A DNA stretch of 60,996 bases from Kiritimatiellia bacterium (lineage in GTDB: Bacteria > Verrucomicrobiota > Kiritimatiellia > RFP12 > UBA1067), in assembly GCA_017542055.1 (NCBI GenBank), contig JAFXXW010000007.1, positions 1-60,996 of the forward strand. The letters run 5' to 3'. The translations under genes were made by a program, and so were the position numbers. The notes beneath the pieces were generated by a model. The model saw nothing but the letters and a program-made list of their open reading frames with translations, made no database searches and was not told the origin of the DNA. Shown in pieces: positions 39,093 to 48,641 of this stretch (its first letter is position 1; each line of letters starts with the position of its first letter).

Positions 39093-39122
39093 ATTATATC
39101 ATATTCTGGCCGTGACTGTCAA
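39093..39122 (-). promoter_or_regulatory. Promoter of tRNA-Pro and downstream genes (TTGACA-18nt-TGATATAAT)
   Basis: Reverse strand: TTGACA (39122-39117), TGATATAAT (39101-39093). The TGA of the extended -10 is the pyrC stop codon. The tRNA 5' end is about 18 nt past the predicted start site. Confidence 0.65.
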
Positions 39123-40175
39123 GCCATTATATGGACAATTTTTCGAGCGGGTCCGCCAGCCGGACACGTCGATGGCGTACGGCGCGCCCACCTTGACTAC
39201 GGTAGGCGACAGCTTCAGCCGCTCCGCGCCGCCCTGGATTATCCAGGCGGGCAAATCGTACCAGGCGCGCGCCCAGGCGTCTTCGGCCATGCCCTCTTCC
39301 TCTACCATAACCCGATAGGTGACGGCCACCGCCGCCTCCAAACCCACGATTCCGTTGGCGCTCGCGCGAAAGCCCCGGTTCTTGGTGGCGACCGGATGGG
39401 GGGCGTGGTCGGTGGCGAACATGAGCAGTCCCTCCTTGACCGCCTTGCGCAACTCCGCGCGGTCCTCGCGCGTACCCAAAGGCGGCGCCATCTTGTAGGC
39501 CGCGTCGTCCTCGGTCAGGTCTTCGCAGGCGAACAACAGATGGTGCGGAGTGGCCTCGGCCGTGACGGGCAAGCCCTCCCGGCGCGCCTCGCGCACCAGG
39601 TCCACGCCTTGCGCGGTGGAAATGTGCTGGATGTGCAACCGGCAACCGGTCTCGCGACAGAGCGACAGGTCGCGCGCGATCGCCGTCGTTTCCGTTTCGG
39701 GCGAGATCACTGGCAGATTCAGTTTGCGCGCGAGGGGGCAGTCGCGAATGACGCCCCCGGCCTGGACCTTGGGGTCCATCGCGTGATCGCAAATGGCCAT
39801 ATTGAGCTCGGCGGCGCGTCGCATGGCCTCCAGCATCACCCTGTCGTCCGCCACGTAGTTGCCGTCGTCGGTGAAGAAGGCGCAACCGGCCTCCGCGAGC
39901 GCTTCCAGGTCGGCCACCTCGCGTCCCAGCCGTCCCTTGGTGATGCAGGCGGACGGCACGATCTTGACGGGGAGCTCCGCCGTCAGCTGCCTTTGGACCC
40001 ACTCCACGCTGTCGCCGGCGGGAACGGTGTTGGGCATCGTCACCACCGCCCGGAAACCGCCCGCCGCCGCGGCCCGGGCGCCGGACAAGGTGTCTTCGGC
40101 TTCGGTCATGCCCGGATCGCGAAAATGCACGTGCACGTCGATGAAACCGGGGAAAACGAGCTGGCGTTCGCTCAT
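39099..40175 (-). CDS. pyrC: Dihydroorotase
   Basis: ORF 39099..40958 trimmed to MSERQLVFPGFIDVHVHFRDPG (metal-binding HxH). FATDHAPH near the C-terminus. Confidence 0.85.
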   Translation of the reverse strand: MSERQLVFPGFIDVHVHFRDPGMTEAEDTLSGARAAAAGGFRAVVTMPNTVPAGDSVEWVQRQLTAELPVKIVPSACITKGRLGREVADLEALAEAGCAFFTDDGNYVADDRVMLEAMRRAAELNMAICDHAMDPKVQAGGVIRDCPLARKLNLPVISPETETTAIARDLSLCRETGCRLHIQHISTAQGVDLVREARREGLPVTAEATPHHLLFACEDLTEDDAAYKMAPPLGTREDRAELRKAVKEGLLMFATDHAPHPVATKNRGFRASANGIVGLEAAVAVTYRVMVEEEGMAEDAWARAWYDLPAWIIQGGAERLKLSPTVVKVGAPYAIDVSGWRTRSKNCPYNGLTVTARI

Positions 40176-41152
40176 GGTTTGATCCTTCCCTTGCACGCGC
40201 GGACGATTTCGGTGGCGATCAAATCTCCCGTCGCCTCGCCGCCGGACGCGACCGCCCTTTCGCGCAGATTGAGAAAACGGAAACGGGCCGCGCGCAATTC
40301 GTTGGGATTCCAATTGCGCCGGAAATTCTGCAGGTTGCGCACCTGGAACGGCGCCAAAGTGTCGGCGATGCGTTCGAGGTCGATCAGCTGGCGGAAAAAG
40401 CGTTCGATGGCGCCGGAGATCATGACCGCGAAATTGCTTTCGCCCGCGAATTCCATCGCGGCGGAGATGGCTTTTTCCGCGTTGCGCGCGCCGATGGCGT
40501 CGGTGATGGCCCAGAAATTGGGTTCCACCCCGGCGCCCGGCGAAACGATGGCGGCCACGTCGGCGCGGGTGGCGGTTTTGCGCTCGGGTTCGAGATAGCA
40601 CCTCAGCTTGGCCGTTTCCGACCGGATCGAGCGCATGTCGAGTCCTACCTTGGCGATGAACGCTTCGGCCGCGCCGGAATCGAACTGGAAACCTTCCTCG
40701 GCGGCGAAATCGATGGCGGCCACCACCGCCTGTTCGATGGCGGCGCGACCCGTGAGCGGCGCGAAGACGGTGAACTCGGCGATGTCCGCGAGCGCCTTGG
40801 CGAAAATCGACGTCTTGAGGAGCTTGGGTCCCGAGAGAACGAAAATCTGGTTTTCCGGCAAGGGATACTCGGCCAAGGTGCGGGCAAAGTCCTCCAGCGC
40901 CTCTTTGACGTTTTCGGCGAGCTTGTCCGCACCGGGCAGAAACTTGACGTTGCGCCACCAGGTGGCCTTGTTGGGGTCGAACAGCGGCTGGCTCAAAAAG
41001 CTTTCGCGCGCCTTGGCGATTTCCTTGAGCTGCGCTTCGGCGTTGGTGGCGGCGCCGGAATCGATTTCCTCCACGATGAAGTCCTTCATCGCGCGCCGGG
41101 CGGCTTCGGCCACCAGGAAATCATCCTCGCCGATTATCACATGCAAGTTCAT
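40172..41152 (-). CDS. holA: DNA polymerase III subunit delta
   Basis: 326 aa, starting HVIIGEDDFLV, with a clamp-loader delta-like three-domain length. Weak family motifs only. Confidence 0.6.
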   Translation of the reverse strand: MNLHVIIGEDDFLVAEAARRAMKDFIVEEIDSGAATNAEAQLKEIAKARESFLSQPLFDPNKATWWRNVKFLPGADKLAENVKEALEDFARTLAEYPLPENQIFVLSGPKLLKTSIFAKALADIAEFTVFAPLTGRAAIEQAVVAAIDFAAEEGFQFDSGAAEAFIAKVGLDMRSIRSETAKLRCYLEPERKTATRADVAAIVSPGAGVEPNFWAITDAIGARNAEKAISAAMEFAGESNFAVMISGAIERFFRQLIDLERIADTLAPFQVRNLQNFRRNWNPNELRAARFRFLNLRERAVASGGEATGDLIATEIVRACKGRIKP

Positions 41153-41870
41153 AGCCGAGTAGCATCAATCCGAACGCGAACATCGCGAGCGATATGGTTT
41201 GGGAAATGGAGAACGGTCCCACGGCGGCGCGTGGATCGCCGCGCAGATATTCGAGACCGAAGCGAATGGCGGCGTAGCCCATGAAGTAGAGCCCGGCCGT
41301 GAATCGGCGCCACTTGAGATACACGGCGAGCAGAATCGCGAACAGCGCCAACAACGCGGCAGCCTCGAAGAGCTGCACCGGCAACACGGGCAACTGCCGC
41401 CCGTCCGCGAAATACTGGGGCGAGCCCACCGGAAACGTCACCGCCCAGGCCGAATGCGACACCTTGCCGTAGCAGCAGCCGTAGCAGAAGCAACCGAGCC
41501 GTCCGAACGCATGCGCCAGCGGCACCACCACCGTCAGCAGATCGCCCAGCCGCACGGGATTTTCTTTTTTCGCGAAGCACCAGGCGAAAAAGACGAGCGA
41601 GGACAGGATGAGGCCGCCATAGAACATGAGCCCGCCCCGGAACACGTAGAGGACGCTTACGGGGTCGGCGGCGAATTCGACCCGCCAATGCTCGATTACG
41701 TAGGCGATACGCGACCCGATCACGCCGCAAATCACCAAAGCGATGGCCAGATTCCCCAAATCCGGCCGTTTGAACAACTTTTCCACCAGCGTCCAGGCCA
41801 GCAGAAAACCGACCGCCATCATCAAGCCGTAGCTGTGGAGGAATTCGAAACCCAGGAAATGAGGATACAT
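41121..41870 (-). CDS. lgt: Prolipoprotein diacylglyceryl transferase
   Basis: ORF 41121..42494 trimmed to MYPHFLGFEFLHSYGLMMAVGF. GRLGCFCYGCCYG signature. Confidence 0.85.
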   Translation of the reverse strand: MYPHFLGFEFLHSYGLMMAVGFLLAWTLVEKLFKRPDLGNLAIALVICGVIGSRIAYVIEHWRVEFAADPVSVLYVFRGGLMFYGGLILSSLVFFAWCFAKKENPVRLGDLLTVVVPLAHAFGRLGCFCYGCCYGKVSHSAWAVTFPVGSPQYFADGRQLPVLPVQLFEAAALLALFAILLAVYLKWRRFTAGLYFMGYAAIRFGLEYLRGDPRAAVGPFSISQTISLAMFAFGLMLLGYELACDNRRG

Positions 41871-42544
41871 ATGCCCTTCCAGACGCAACCGGCCACGCCC
41901 ATGTAGGCGGCGAAGACCCGCTGCACGACGATTCCGGCCAGATCGGCGAAGCCCAGCTGGGTGACCGAGGCCAGAAACACCAACACCAACGCGATATTGG
42001 CGATGAAAATGAACGTCCAGCTGAAGATTCGCCCGTACAGCTTCACGTCGGGCTGACGCTGGGTGAGCGTCTGCAAGGTGAAGAGCACGTGGAACGACCA
42101 GGTAAAGCCAATCAGAAACATCCAGAGCGGCAAGCACGGCAGCGGCCGCAGAAAGGCGTAGGTGACGAGCGCCACCACGATCACCAGGAAGGTGTAGAAC
42201 GGAAAGAAATACGGCGCGAGCGTGATGAGGAAATTGGACTTGGTGAGCCGGACGCTGCCGCCGGACTCGCTGACCCTTACATCCGAGGGCCGGGCGCCAA
42301 AGAGCAGACCCCACAGCGCGTGCGTGAGCTCGTGGCCGAACACGTAGGTGCGGATGGGATGGGAAATGGTGGACCAGCAAAAGCCGAACGAGGCGATGCC
42401 ACCCAAGAGACTGATGCTCTCGGCGCTGAAGGCGTTGTCCGCGCCGCTGACGCGCAAAACCGCGTCGAGGAGCGAACGCAAAAAGCCCCAGCACATCGGC
42501 AGGAGCGCGAATCCGAGCAGCAATCGCAAAAAGTTGGCCATCAC
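41822..42544 (-). CDS. Membrane protein with HExxH motif (putative zincin peptidase, DUF3267-like)
   Basis: 240 aa, 5-6 TMs, motif VFGHELTHALWG. Overlaps the lgt start by 49 nt. Confidence 0.4.
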   Translation of the reverse strand: MMANFLRLLLGFALLPMCWGFLRSLLDAVLRVSGADNAFSAESISLLGGIASFGFCWSTISHPIRTYVFGHELTHALWGLLFGARPSDVRVSESGGSVRLTKSNFLITLAPYFFPFYTFLVIVVALVTYAFLRPLPCLPLWMFLIGFTWSFHVLFTLQTLTQRQPDVKLYGRIFSWTFIFIANIALVLVFLASVTQLGFADLAGIVVQRVFAAYMGVAGCVWKGICILISWVSNSSTATA

Positions 42545-42831
42545 TCCTTCTCGAACACGAACACCAATTCGCCGGGGTACACGCGCTTGTTCTCGCGGGC
42601 GATCTTCTCCACGAAATCGGGGTCGGTGCGGAAACGCCGCTGATTATCCACCAGTTTGGCGATTTCCCGACGCTTTTCCTCGATGCGCTCGGACAGCTTG
42701 GCGTTCTCGCGCTTCAGGTCTTGCGTGCGGACGTAGGTGGGATAGGCAAAGCAAATGCCGCCCACGAAGATGGCCGCGATGAGCGTAAACGTGAAGTAGC
42801 GGAAGAACCTTTCTGTCAAATCCTCAGTCAT
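42541..42831 (-). CDS. ftsB: Septum formation initiator (FtsB/DivIC family)
   Basis: 96 aa with a single TM, then a coiled coil (LKRENAKLSERIEEKRREIAKL) and a DPDFVEKIARE tail. Confidence 0.65.
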   Translation of the reverse strand: MTEDLTERFFRYFTFTLIAAIFVGGICFAYPTYVRTQDLKRENAKLSERIEEKRREIAKLVDNQRRFRTDPDFVEKIARENKRVYPGELVFVFEKE

Positions 42832-42839
42832 TGGAGTAT

Positions 42840-42868
42840 ATTATATCATTTTTCCGGAAAAATTTCAA
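42840..42868 (-). promoter_or_regulatory. Promoter of ftsB-led array (TTGAAA-17nt-TGATATAAT), embedded in the 3' end of epmA
   Basis: Reverse strand: TTGAAA (42868-42863), TGATATAAT (42848-42840). The TGA is the epmA stop. 8 nt separate the -10 box and the ftsB ATG (42831). Confidence 0.6.
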
Positions 42869-43682
42869 GCACTCTCGCCTCGGAAATGCGATTTTCTTTT
42901 CCGAGCGCCATCACGAGCCGGTCGATCCCGAGCGCCACTCCGGCCGCGCTGCCGACGAGCGGCAACAGCGCCAGAAACTCCTCGTCCAAAGGATAATCCG
43001 CCTCGCCCAACGCCCTACGCTCCTCGCACGCCGCGAGAAAACGGCGTCGCTGCTCCGCGCCGTCGCACAATTCGGTGAAGGCGTTGGCCAGTTCCATACC
43101 GTCATGGTAGAGCTCCCAGCGCTCGGCGTGATCGCCCGAAATCCGCGCCAGCGACGCGCACTCCACCGGATAGTCAGCGAGAAACGTCCACCCGGCGAGC
43201 GCCGGCTCGATCTTGACGGCCATGTCGTAGTCGAAGCGGTCCTGATCGAACCGCTCGAACGGGTCCCATCCGGCGTATTCGCGATAGGCCTCGCGCACGG
43301 TCACGGTGCGGAACTCCACCTGTCCGGCCAAAGCGGTCACGAGCGCTTTCATGTCCGTCATGATGTCGCGATAGTCCGCCCGCCGGCGATACCACTCCAG
43401 CATGGTGAACTCCTCGCTGTGCCGCGAACCGTTTTCACCCTCGCGGAAACAGGGTCCCAGCTGATAGATGCGGTCCATGCCCTGGGCCAGGAGCTTCTTC
43501 ATCTGCAATTCGGGCGAAGCGCGCAGAAACCCCCGGCCGCAACGCGGACAATCGATGTGCGGTTCGGGCGCCGGCGCCAAGATGCGCACGGGCGTCTCCA
43601 CCTCCACCATGCCCGCCGCGTCCAGGAACGAGCGGATGCGCCGCAACACGCCGGCGCGAAACTCAAGGACGGACAAGCGCAT
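42846..43682 (-). CDS. epmA: EF-P lysine ligase EpmA/GenX-like class II aminoacyl-tRNA-synthetase paralogue
   Basis: VEVETP, SPELQMKKLLA, IYQLGPCFREGE...RHSEEFTMLEWY (class II motifs 1-2), GVALGIDRLVM (motif 3). Confidence 0.7.
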   Translation of the reverse strand: MRLSVLEFRAGVLRRIRSFLDAAGMVEVETPVRILAPAPEPHIDCPRCGRGFLRASPELQMKKLLAQGMDRIYQLGPCFREGENGSRHSEEFTMLEWYRRRADYRDIMTDMKALVTALAGQVEFRTVTVREAYREYAGWDPFERFDQDRFDYDMAVKIEPALAGWTFLADYPVECASLARISGDHAERWELYHDGMELANAFTELCDGAEQRRRFLAACEERRALGEADYPLDEEFLALLPLVGSAAGVALGIDRLVMALGKENRISEARVLEIFPEK

Positions 43683-44742
43683 TGGCGATCACCAGGTCGG
43701 CCACTTTCCGGTCGGCTTCGGGTTGCGACAGTTCCAGCATGCGTTCGCGCATCCGCGCCAGCCGTTCGCCGTCCTCGTACATTCTGAGGATGTAGCGCGA
43801 CAGTCCCCGGGCGTTGAGCATGGCCTGCTGTCCCTCGTCGGCCGCGCCGTGCGCCACGAACGCGTCGGCGTTGAAATGCTGATGGTTGCGCATCGACGAA
43901 GGCAACGGAATGAAGAAAGTCGGCTTGCCGCACGCGGCCACTTCGAAGCAGGTGGAGGCGCCGGCGCGGGCGATCACCAGATCGGCCGAAGCGAAAGCGT
44001 TGGCCATTTCGCGCTCGAACGCATGCACGCGCGACGGCAGTCCCGCCGCGGCGTAGCGGGCGATGACTTCTGGCTCGTCGGCGACGCCGGTCTGGTGGAT
44101 CACGTAAAGGGGGCGACCTTCCTTGCCCCGGGATTTGAGCTCCTTGTCGACCATGCACAGCGCGGCCGACGCCAGCTCGTTGACCGCATGGGCACCCTGG
44201 GAGCCGCCGGTCACGAATACCGTGAAGCTGCCGGCGGGAATGAATTGGAAGCGCTCGCCTTGGGCGATTTCCGTGCGAATAGGCAGTCCCGTCAGCACCG
44301 TCTGGGCCCGGGGCAGATGGCGCGCGGTGATTTCGAAAGAAATGGCCACCACCTTGGCGTAGCGCGACAGAAACTCCACCGCCTTGCCGGGAAGCGTGTT
44401 GGCCTCGTGCAGCACCACCGGAATGTGGTAGTGGCGCGCGGCCATCACCGGCGGCAACGACGCGTACGAGCCCATCGCCAGCACCACCGCGGGACGGAAG
44501 CGTCTCAACTCCTGCACGCACCGCAGGTAGGAGGCGAAGATCGAAAACAGATATTTGGGCCGCAACTGACGGGCCTTGGTGGAAAAGACGGGGCCATCCC
44601 AGCTTTTGAGCACGCTCTGTTCGATGTCGCGCCCGGACGACCACACCACCACCTCGTGGCCGCGCGAACGCAATTCCTTTGCTACCGCAATACCCGGAAA
44701 GGAATGTCCGCCCGTGCCGCCGCATGCCACCACTATTTTCAT
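43663..44742 (-). CDS. murG: Undecaprenyldiphospho-muramoylpentapeptide beta-N-acetylglucosaminyltransferase
   Basis: MKIVVACGGTGGHSFPG N-terminus; full-length GT28 pattern. Confidence 0.9.
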   Translation of the reverse strand: MKIVVACGGTGGHSFPGIAVAKELRSRGHEVVVWSSGRDIEQSVLKSWDGPVFSTKARQLRPKYLFSIFASYLRCVQELRRFRPAVVLAMGSYASLPPVMAARHYHIPVVLHEANTLPGKAVEFLSRYAKVVAISFEITARHLPRAQTVLTGLPIRTEIAQGERFQFIPAGSFTVFVTGGSQGAHAVNELASAALCMVDKELKSRGKEGRPLYVIHQTGVADEPEVIARYAAAGLPSRVHAFEREMANAFASADLVIARAGASTCFEVAACGKPTFFIPLPSSMRNHQHFNADAFVAHGAADEGQQAMLNARGLSRYILRMYEDGERLARMRERMLELSQPEADRKVADLVIANALVRP

Positions 44743-44743
44743 T

Positions 44744-46030
44744 TCACCAGTCCCTTTCGTTCGGCGGCATTTTGGCCCTGCGCATCATGGCCTTCTTTTC
44801 CGCCTCGTGTTCGTCGTTGCGCTCTTCCGCTTTTTTGAGCAAAGCTTCCAGCTCCCGCTCCTCCGGATTTTCGGGCTCCTGCGTTTCCGCCGGAGTTTCC
44901 TGCGGTTCCGGCGGCGGATTTTCGTCCGGTTTTCCCTCGCCCGTTTCCGGGGGCGGCTCGCTTTCCGCCTTCTGTCCGGTCTCTCCCGCGCCGCCGCCAC
45001 GTCCGTTCTTGGGCAGCAGCGAACCGATTTCGCGAATCAACTCCAGCGCCTTTTCCTGCTCCGGCGTCTCCGGTTGTTCGAGACACGACAGTTGGACTTT
45101 TTCGAGTTCGGTGGCGAGCGCGCTGATTTTGGCCTGATCCTCCTCGGAAAACGCTACCAGATCGGTATCGCTTGGGGCCTGCTGTTCGTAGTTGCGCGCC
45201 CATTCCGGGAAGCGCATCCGGAACGCGCGGGTGTAGTCCAGCGCCTCCCGCTGCCAGTCGCGATTGTTGAACGATTCCGCCTTGACGCAGGCGTTGGATT
45301 GCGCCGTCAAATCTTCGTCCAAGGCACCCGGCGGCATGATGCAAAGTTTGAGAAACGCGGTAAAGCGGTCTTCCGCCTGCGACAGCGACGAATACGCCTC
45401 GCCGTCGAAATCGCCCAACTGCTTGGCGGCGTCCAAGGTGATTTGGCGGGCATCGTCCAGTTGCTGCAGAATGGTCGCCACCTCGTTTTCGTTGGTCGCC
45501 GACTGCAAAATCGCCATCCGCACCGGAATCCACGCATCCGCCAACCGGTCCGCCCGGGCCGAAAGCGCATCGGAAAGCGCCACCGCCCGCACCGCCTCGT
45601 TGGTCCGGTAGGTGCCGGACTCGACAAAAAGCTCTCGCGCTTCCCGGGTGGCGGCAAGTAGAATATCCCCCGGCGCCTTCCCCTGCGCCGCCTTGATCGC
45701 CGCGTCCCGGCGCCGGTTTTCCCTTAGTTCCCCCAGCCCCTGCGTGGCGAGCGCGAAATTGCGTTTTTCCCTTTCGCCGTCGGGACGGGCCCTAAGCGCG
45801 ATTTGCGCCATCGCCGCCGCCTCTTCCTGGTTGCCGCAGTCGTATTCCAGTTTGGCCAGCACCTCCGCCGCCCGGGCCGCATAGCCCGGGGAATAGACGA
45901 GCGGCCTCAGCGTCTGCATCGCGTTGGTGACATCGCCCGCGTAATAGCAGTCGACGCCCCGGTTCCAGACTTCGGTGTCGGAAACGGTTTCGGCGGACGC
46001 CAGAAGCAGAATGGCCAAGAGCGCCGTCAT
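44744..46030 (-). CDS. Secreted hypothetical protein with TPR-like N-region and acidic Pro/Glu-rich tail
   Basis: ORF 44744..46267 trimmed to MTALLAILLLASA (signal-like). C-terminal PPPETGEGKPDENPPPEPQETPAETQEPENPEE low-complexity tail. Confidence 0.5.
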   Translation of the reverse strand: MTALLAILLLASAETVSDTEVWNRGVDCYYAGDVTNAMQTLRPLVYSPGYAARAAEVLAKLEYDCGNQEEAAAMAQIALRARPDGEREKRNFALATQGLGELRENRRRDAAIKAAQGKAPGDILLAATREARELFVESGTYRTNEAVRAVALSDALSARADRLADAWIPVRMAILQSATNENEVATILQQLDDARQITLDAAKQLGDFDGEAYSSLSQAEDRFTAFLKLCIMPPGALDEDLTAQSNACVKAESFNNRDWQREALDYTRAFRMRFPEWARNYEQQAPSDTDLVAFSEEDQAKISALATELEKVQLSCLEQPETPEQEKALELIREIGSLLPKNGRGGGAGETGQKAESEPPPETGEGKPDENPPPEPQETPAETQEPENPEERELEALLKKAEERNDEHEAEKKAMMRRAKMPPNERDW

Positions 46031-46731
46031 TAATTCACGCTTTCCATCTCCGCGCGAATCTGCCGGGCGGCCGAAACGGGATCTTCCGCCGCCAGAATGG
46101 GCCGCCCCACCACCAGATGCGTGGCTCCGTCGCGCACTGCGTCGGCCGGAGTGGCCACGCGCTTCTGGTCGCCCACGTCCGCGCCCCGGGGTCGCACGCC
46201 GGGAGTGACGAACAGCGTTCCGGCCTTGAGCGTGCGGCTGAGCGAACCCACCTCGCGAGGACTGCACACGAGCCCGTCGGCGCCATGATCGATGGCGAAC
46301 TTGGCCATGGCCATCACCTGATCGGCCGGCTCGCGACCCGTAATCCCCACATCCTCGAGATCGCTCCGGTCGAGCGACGTAAGCACCGTAACCGCCAAAA
46401 TCCTGGGCGCCGACGCTCCGAATTCGGCCGCCGCCTCGTGCGCCGCCCGGATCATCGCCTTGCCGCCCACCGAATGGATGGTCATCAAATCCACCCCTAG
46501 TTTGCCGCCGGACTTCACCGCGCGCTCCACCGTGCGCGGAATGTCGTGGAATTTGAGATCCAAAAAAATCCGCTTGCCCAAATCTTTCACCGCCTTGACC
46601 ACGTCCGGACCCTCTGCCGTGTACAGCTCGAGCCCGATTTTGTAGAAATCTACCGCATCTCCGATGGCCTTGACTTTGGCCACGGCCTCTTCCCTGGTCT
46701 GTACGTCCAGCGCCACAATCAGTTCAGACAT
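46030..46731 (-). CDS. pyrF: Orotidine 5'-phosphate decarboxylase
   Basis: IVALDV..., FLDLKFHDIPRT and VVGRPI motifs. Confidence 0.9.
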   Translation of the reverse strand: MSELIVALDVQTREEAVAKVKAIGDAVDFYKIGLELYTAEGPDVVKAVKDLGKRIFLDLKFHDIPRTVERAVKSGGKLGVDLMTIHSVGGKAMIRAAHEAAAEFGASAPRILAVTVLTSLDRSDLEDVGITGREPADQVMAMAKFAIDHGADGLVCSPREVGSLSRTLKAGTLFVTPGVRPRGADVGDQKRVATPADAVRDGATHLVVGRPILAAEDPVSAARQIRAEMESVN

Positions 46732-48641
46732 GACAACAATCCTCCTTTAAGCACTAGCTGTTTTTCGCGCGCGGTGAGATCGGTCCGCAGTTTTACGCCA
46801 TTCACCTCGATCCGCCCGTCGCCCGCGATCGCCCGGGCGATACCGGCAAACTCCAGCCGTTCGCCGGCCGACAACCGGTCGTAGTCGCGCGGATCTTCAA
46901 ACTCGAAAGGTACGATGCCGAAATTGATCAGATTGGCGCGATGGATCCGCTCGATCGACTTGGCGATTACCGCCTTGACGCCGAGATACATCGGACACAG
47001 CGCCGCATGCTCCCGGCTCGACCCCTGCCCGTAGCTCTCGCCGGCCACGATCACGTTGGCCCAACCTTCGCTTTGGTTGCGCCGGCAATTGTCGTGGAAA
47101 TCCCGGTCGCACGGCTCGAACACGTACTTGGCGTATTCCGGCACGTTCGAACGGTATTTAAGCCGCGCCCCGGCCGGCATGATGTGGTCGGTGGTGATCT
47201 TGTCGCCCACTTTGATGGCCACTTTGGCCGCGAGATTTTCCGGCATCGCCGACCCGGCGGGAACGGGTGCGATATTGGGTCCGCGCACGATTTTCGTCTT
47301 CGGCACGCCCTTTCCGGCCGTTTCCCGATAGAGGAACATGTCGTCGACCGCCGGGAATTTCTTGGGCATCGGCACCTTGGCCACGCCCTCGCACGCCGTC
47401 ACCTTGCCGGTCAAGGCCGAAGCCGCAGCGGTTTCCGGCGACACGAGATACACCTGGGCGCTTCGGGTGCCCGAGCGTCCCTCGAAATTGCGGTTGTTCG
47501 TCCGGAGACTCACCGCGTTCGTCGACGGCGACATGTGCGCCCCGATGCAAAATCCGCAGGCGTTCTCGAGCATGCGACACCCGGCCGCGTGCAGAATGGC
47601 GAGCGATCCGTCCTCAAGCAGCATCTCGACAACCTGCCGGCTGCCGCAGGCGATGCCCACCTCCACCTCCTTGGCCACCTTTTTGCCTTTGAGAATCTGC
47701 GCCACCGTGCGGATGTCGCGATAGGAACTGTTGGTGCAAGACCCGATCAGAATCTGATTGACCTTTTTCCCCGCGATGCTCTTAACGCGCACGACGTTGC
47801 CGGGACTGTGCGGCGCGGCGGCGAGCGGTTCCAGTCGATCCATATCCACCGTGAACACGTCATCGTAACTGGCGCCTTTGTCCGCCACGATTTCGGTAAA
47901 GTCGCCGCCCCGTCCTTGCGCTTCCAGGAACTGGCGCGTCACCCGGTCGGACGGGAACACGGAAGTGGTCACCCCCAGCTCCGCGCCCATGTTCGCGATG
48001 GTGGCCCGGGACGGCACGTCCAATGCGGCCACGCCCGGACCGAAATACTCGAAAATCCAGCCCACGTTCCCCTTGGTGCCGAACTTCTCGAGCACTTTCA
48101 GAATCACGTCCTTGGCGCTCGTGCCGGCCGGCATCCGGCCCGTGAGTTCAATGCCGCGCACTTTGGGCCGGGGGATGTGGAACGCGCCGCCGGCCATCGC
48201 CACCGCGATGTCGATTCCGCCCGCCCCGATGGCGATCTGCCCGATTCCCCCGCCCGTCGGCGTGTGCGAATCCGATCCCAGCAGCGTCGTGCCCGGCTTG
48301 CCGAACCGCTCCAGATGCAGCTGATGGCAGATGCCGTTGCCGGCTTTGGAATAGATGATGCCGTATTTCTTGGCGATCGACGCCAGAAAGTCGTGGTCGT
48401 CCGCGTTCTCGAATCCGATCTGCACGGTATTGTGGTCCACGTAGCTCACCGCCAAATCGTTCCGGATGCGCTTCAGCCCCATCGCCTCGAACTGCAGATA
48501 CGCCATCGTGCCGGTGGCGTCCTGGGTAAGCGTCTGGTCGATGCGGATGCCCAGTTCCCGGTCGACGGCCATGTCCCCTTCCACCAGATGTGCGGCGATA
48601 ATCTTCTCCGTCACGTTTCTCGGTTTTGCGGTCTTTTTCAT
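46719..48641 (-). CDS. Aconitase-family hydratase (fused catalytic and swivel domains, 640 aa)
   Basis: ORF 46719..48980 trimmed to MKKTAKPRNV. Fe-S ligand regions GSDSHT, IGSCTNSS and CGFCIG. GESYGQGSSREHAA in the swivel domain. Confidence 0.8.
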   Translation of the reverse strand: MKKTAKPRNVTEKIIAAHLVEGDMAVDRELGIRIDQTLTQDATGTMAYLQFEAMGLKRIRNDLAVSYVDHNTVQIGFENADDHDFLASIAKKYGIIYSKAGNGICHQLHLERFGKPGTTLLGSDSHTPTGGGIGQIAIGAGGIDIAVAMAGGAFHIPRPKVRGIELTGRMPAGTSAKDVILKVLEKFGTKGNVGWIFEYFGPGVAALDVPSRATIANMGAELGVTTSVFPSDRVTRQFLEAQGRGGDFTEIVADKGASYDDVFTVDMDRLEPLAAAPHSPGNVVRVKSIAGKKVNQILIGSCTNSSYRDIRTVAQILKGKKVAKEVEVGIACGSRQVVEMLLEDGSLAILHAAGCRMLENACGFCIGAHMSPSTNAVSLRTNNRNFEGRSGTRSAQVYLVSPETAAASALTGKVTACEGVAKVPMPKKFPAVDDMFLYRETAGKGVPKTKIVRGPNIAPVPAGSAMPENLAAKVAIKVGDKITTDHIMPAGARLKYRSNVPEYAKYVFEPCDRDFHDNCRRNQSEGWANVIVAGESYGQGSSREHAALCPMYLGVKAVIAKSIERIHRANLINFGIVPFEFEDPRDYDRLSAGERLEFAGIARAIAGDGRIEVNGVKLRTDLTAREKQLVLKGGLLSCLN

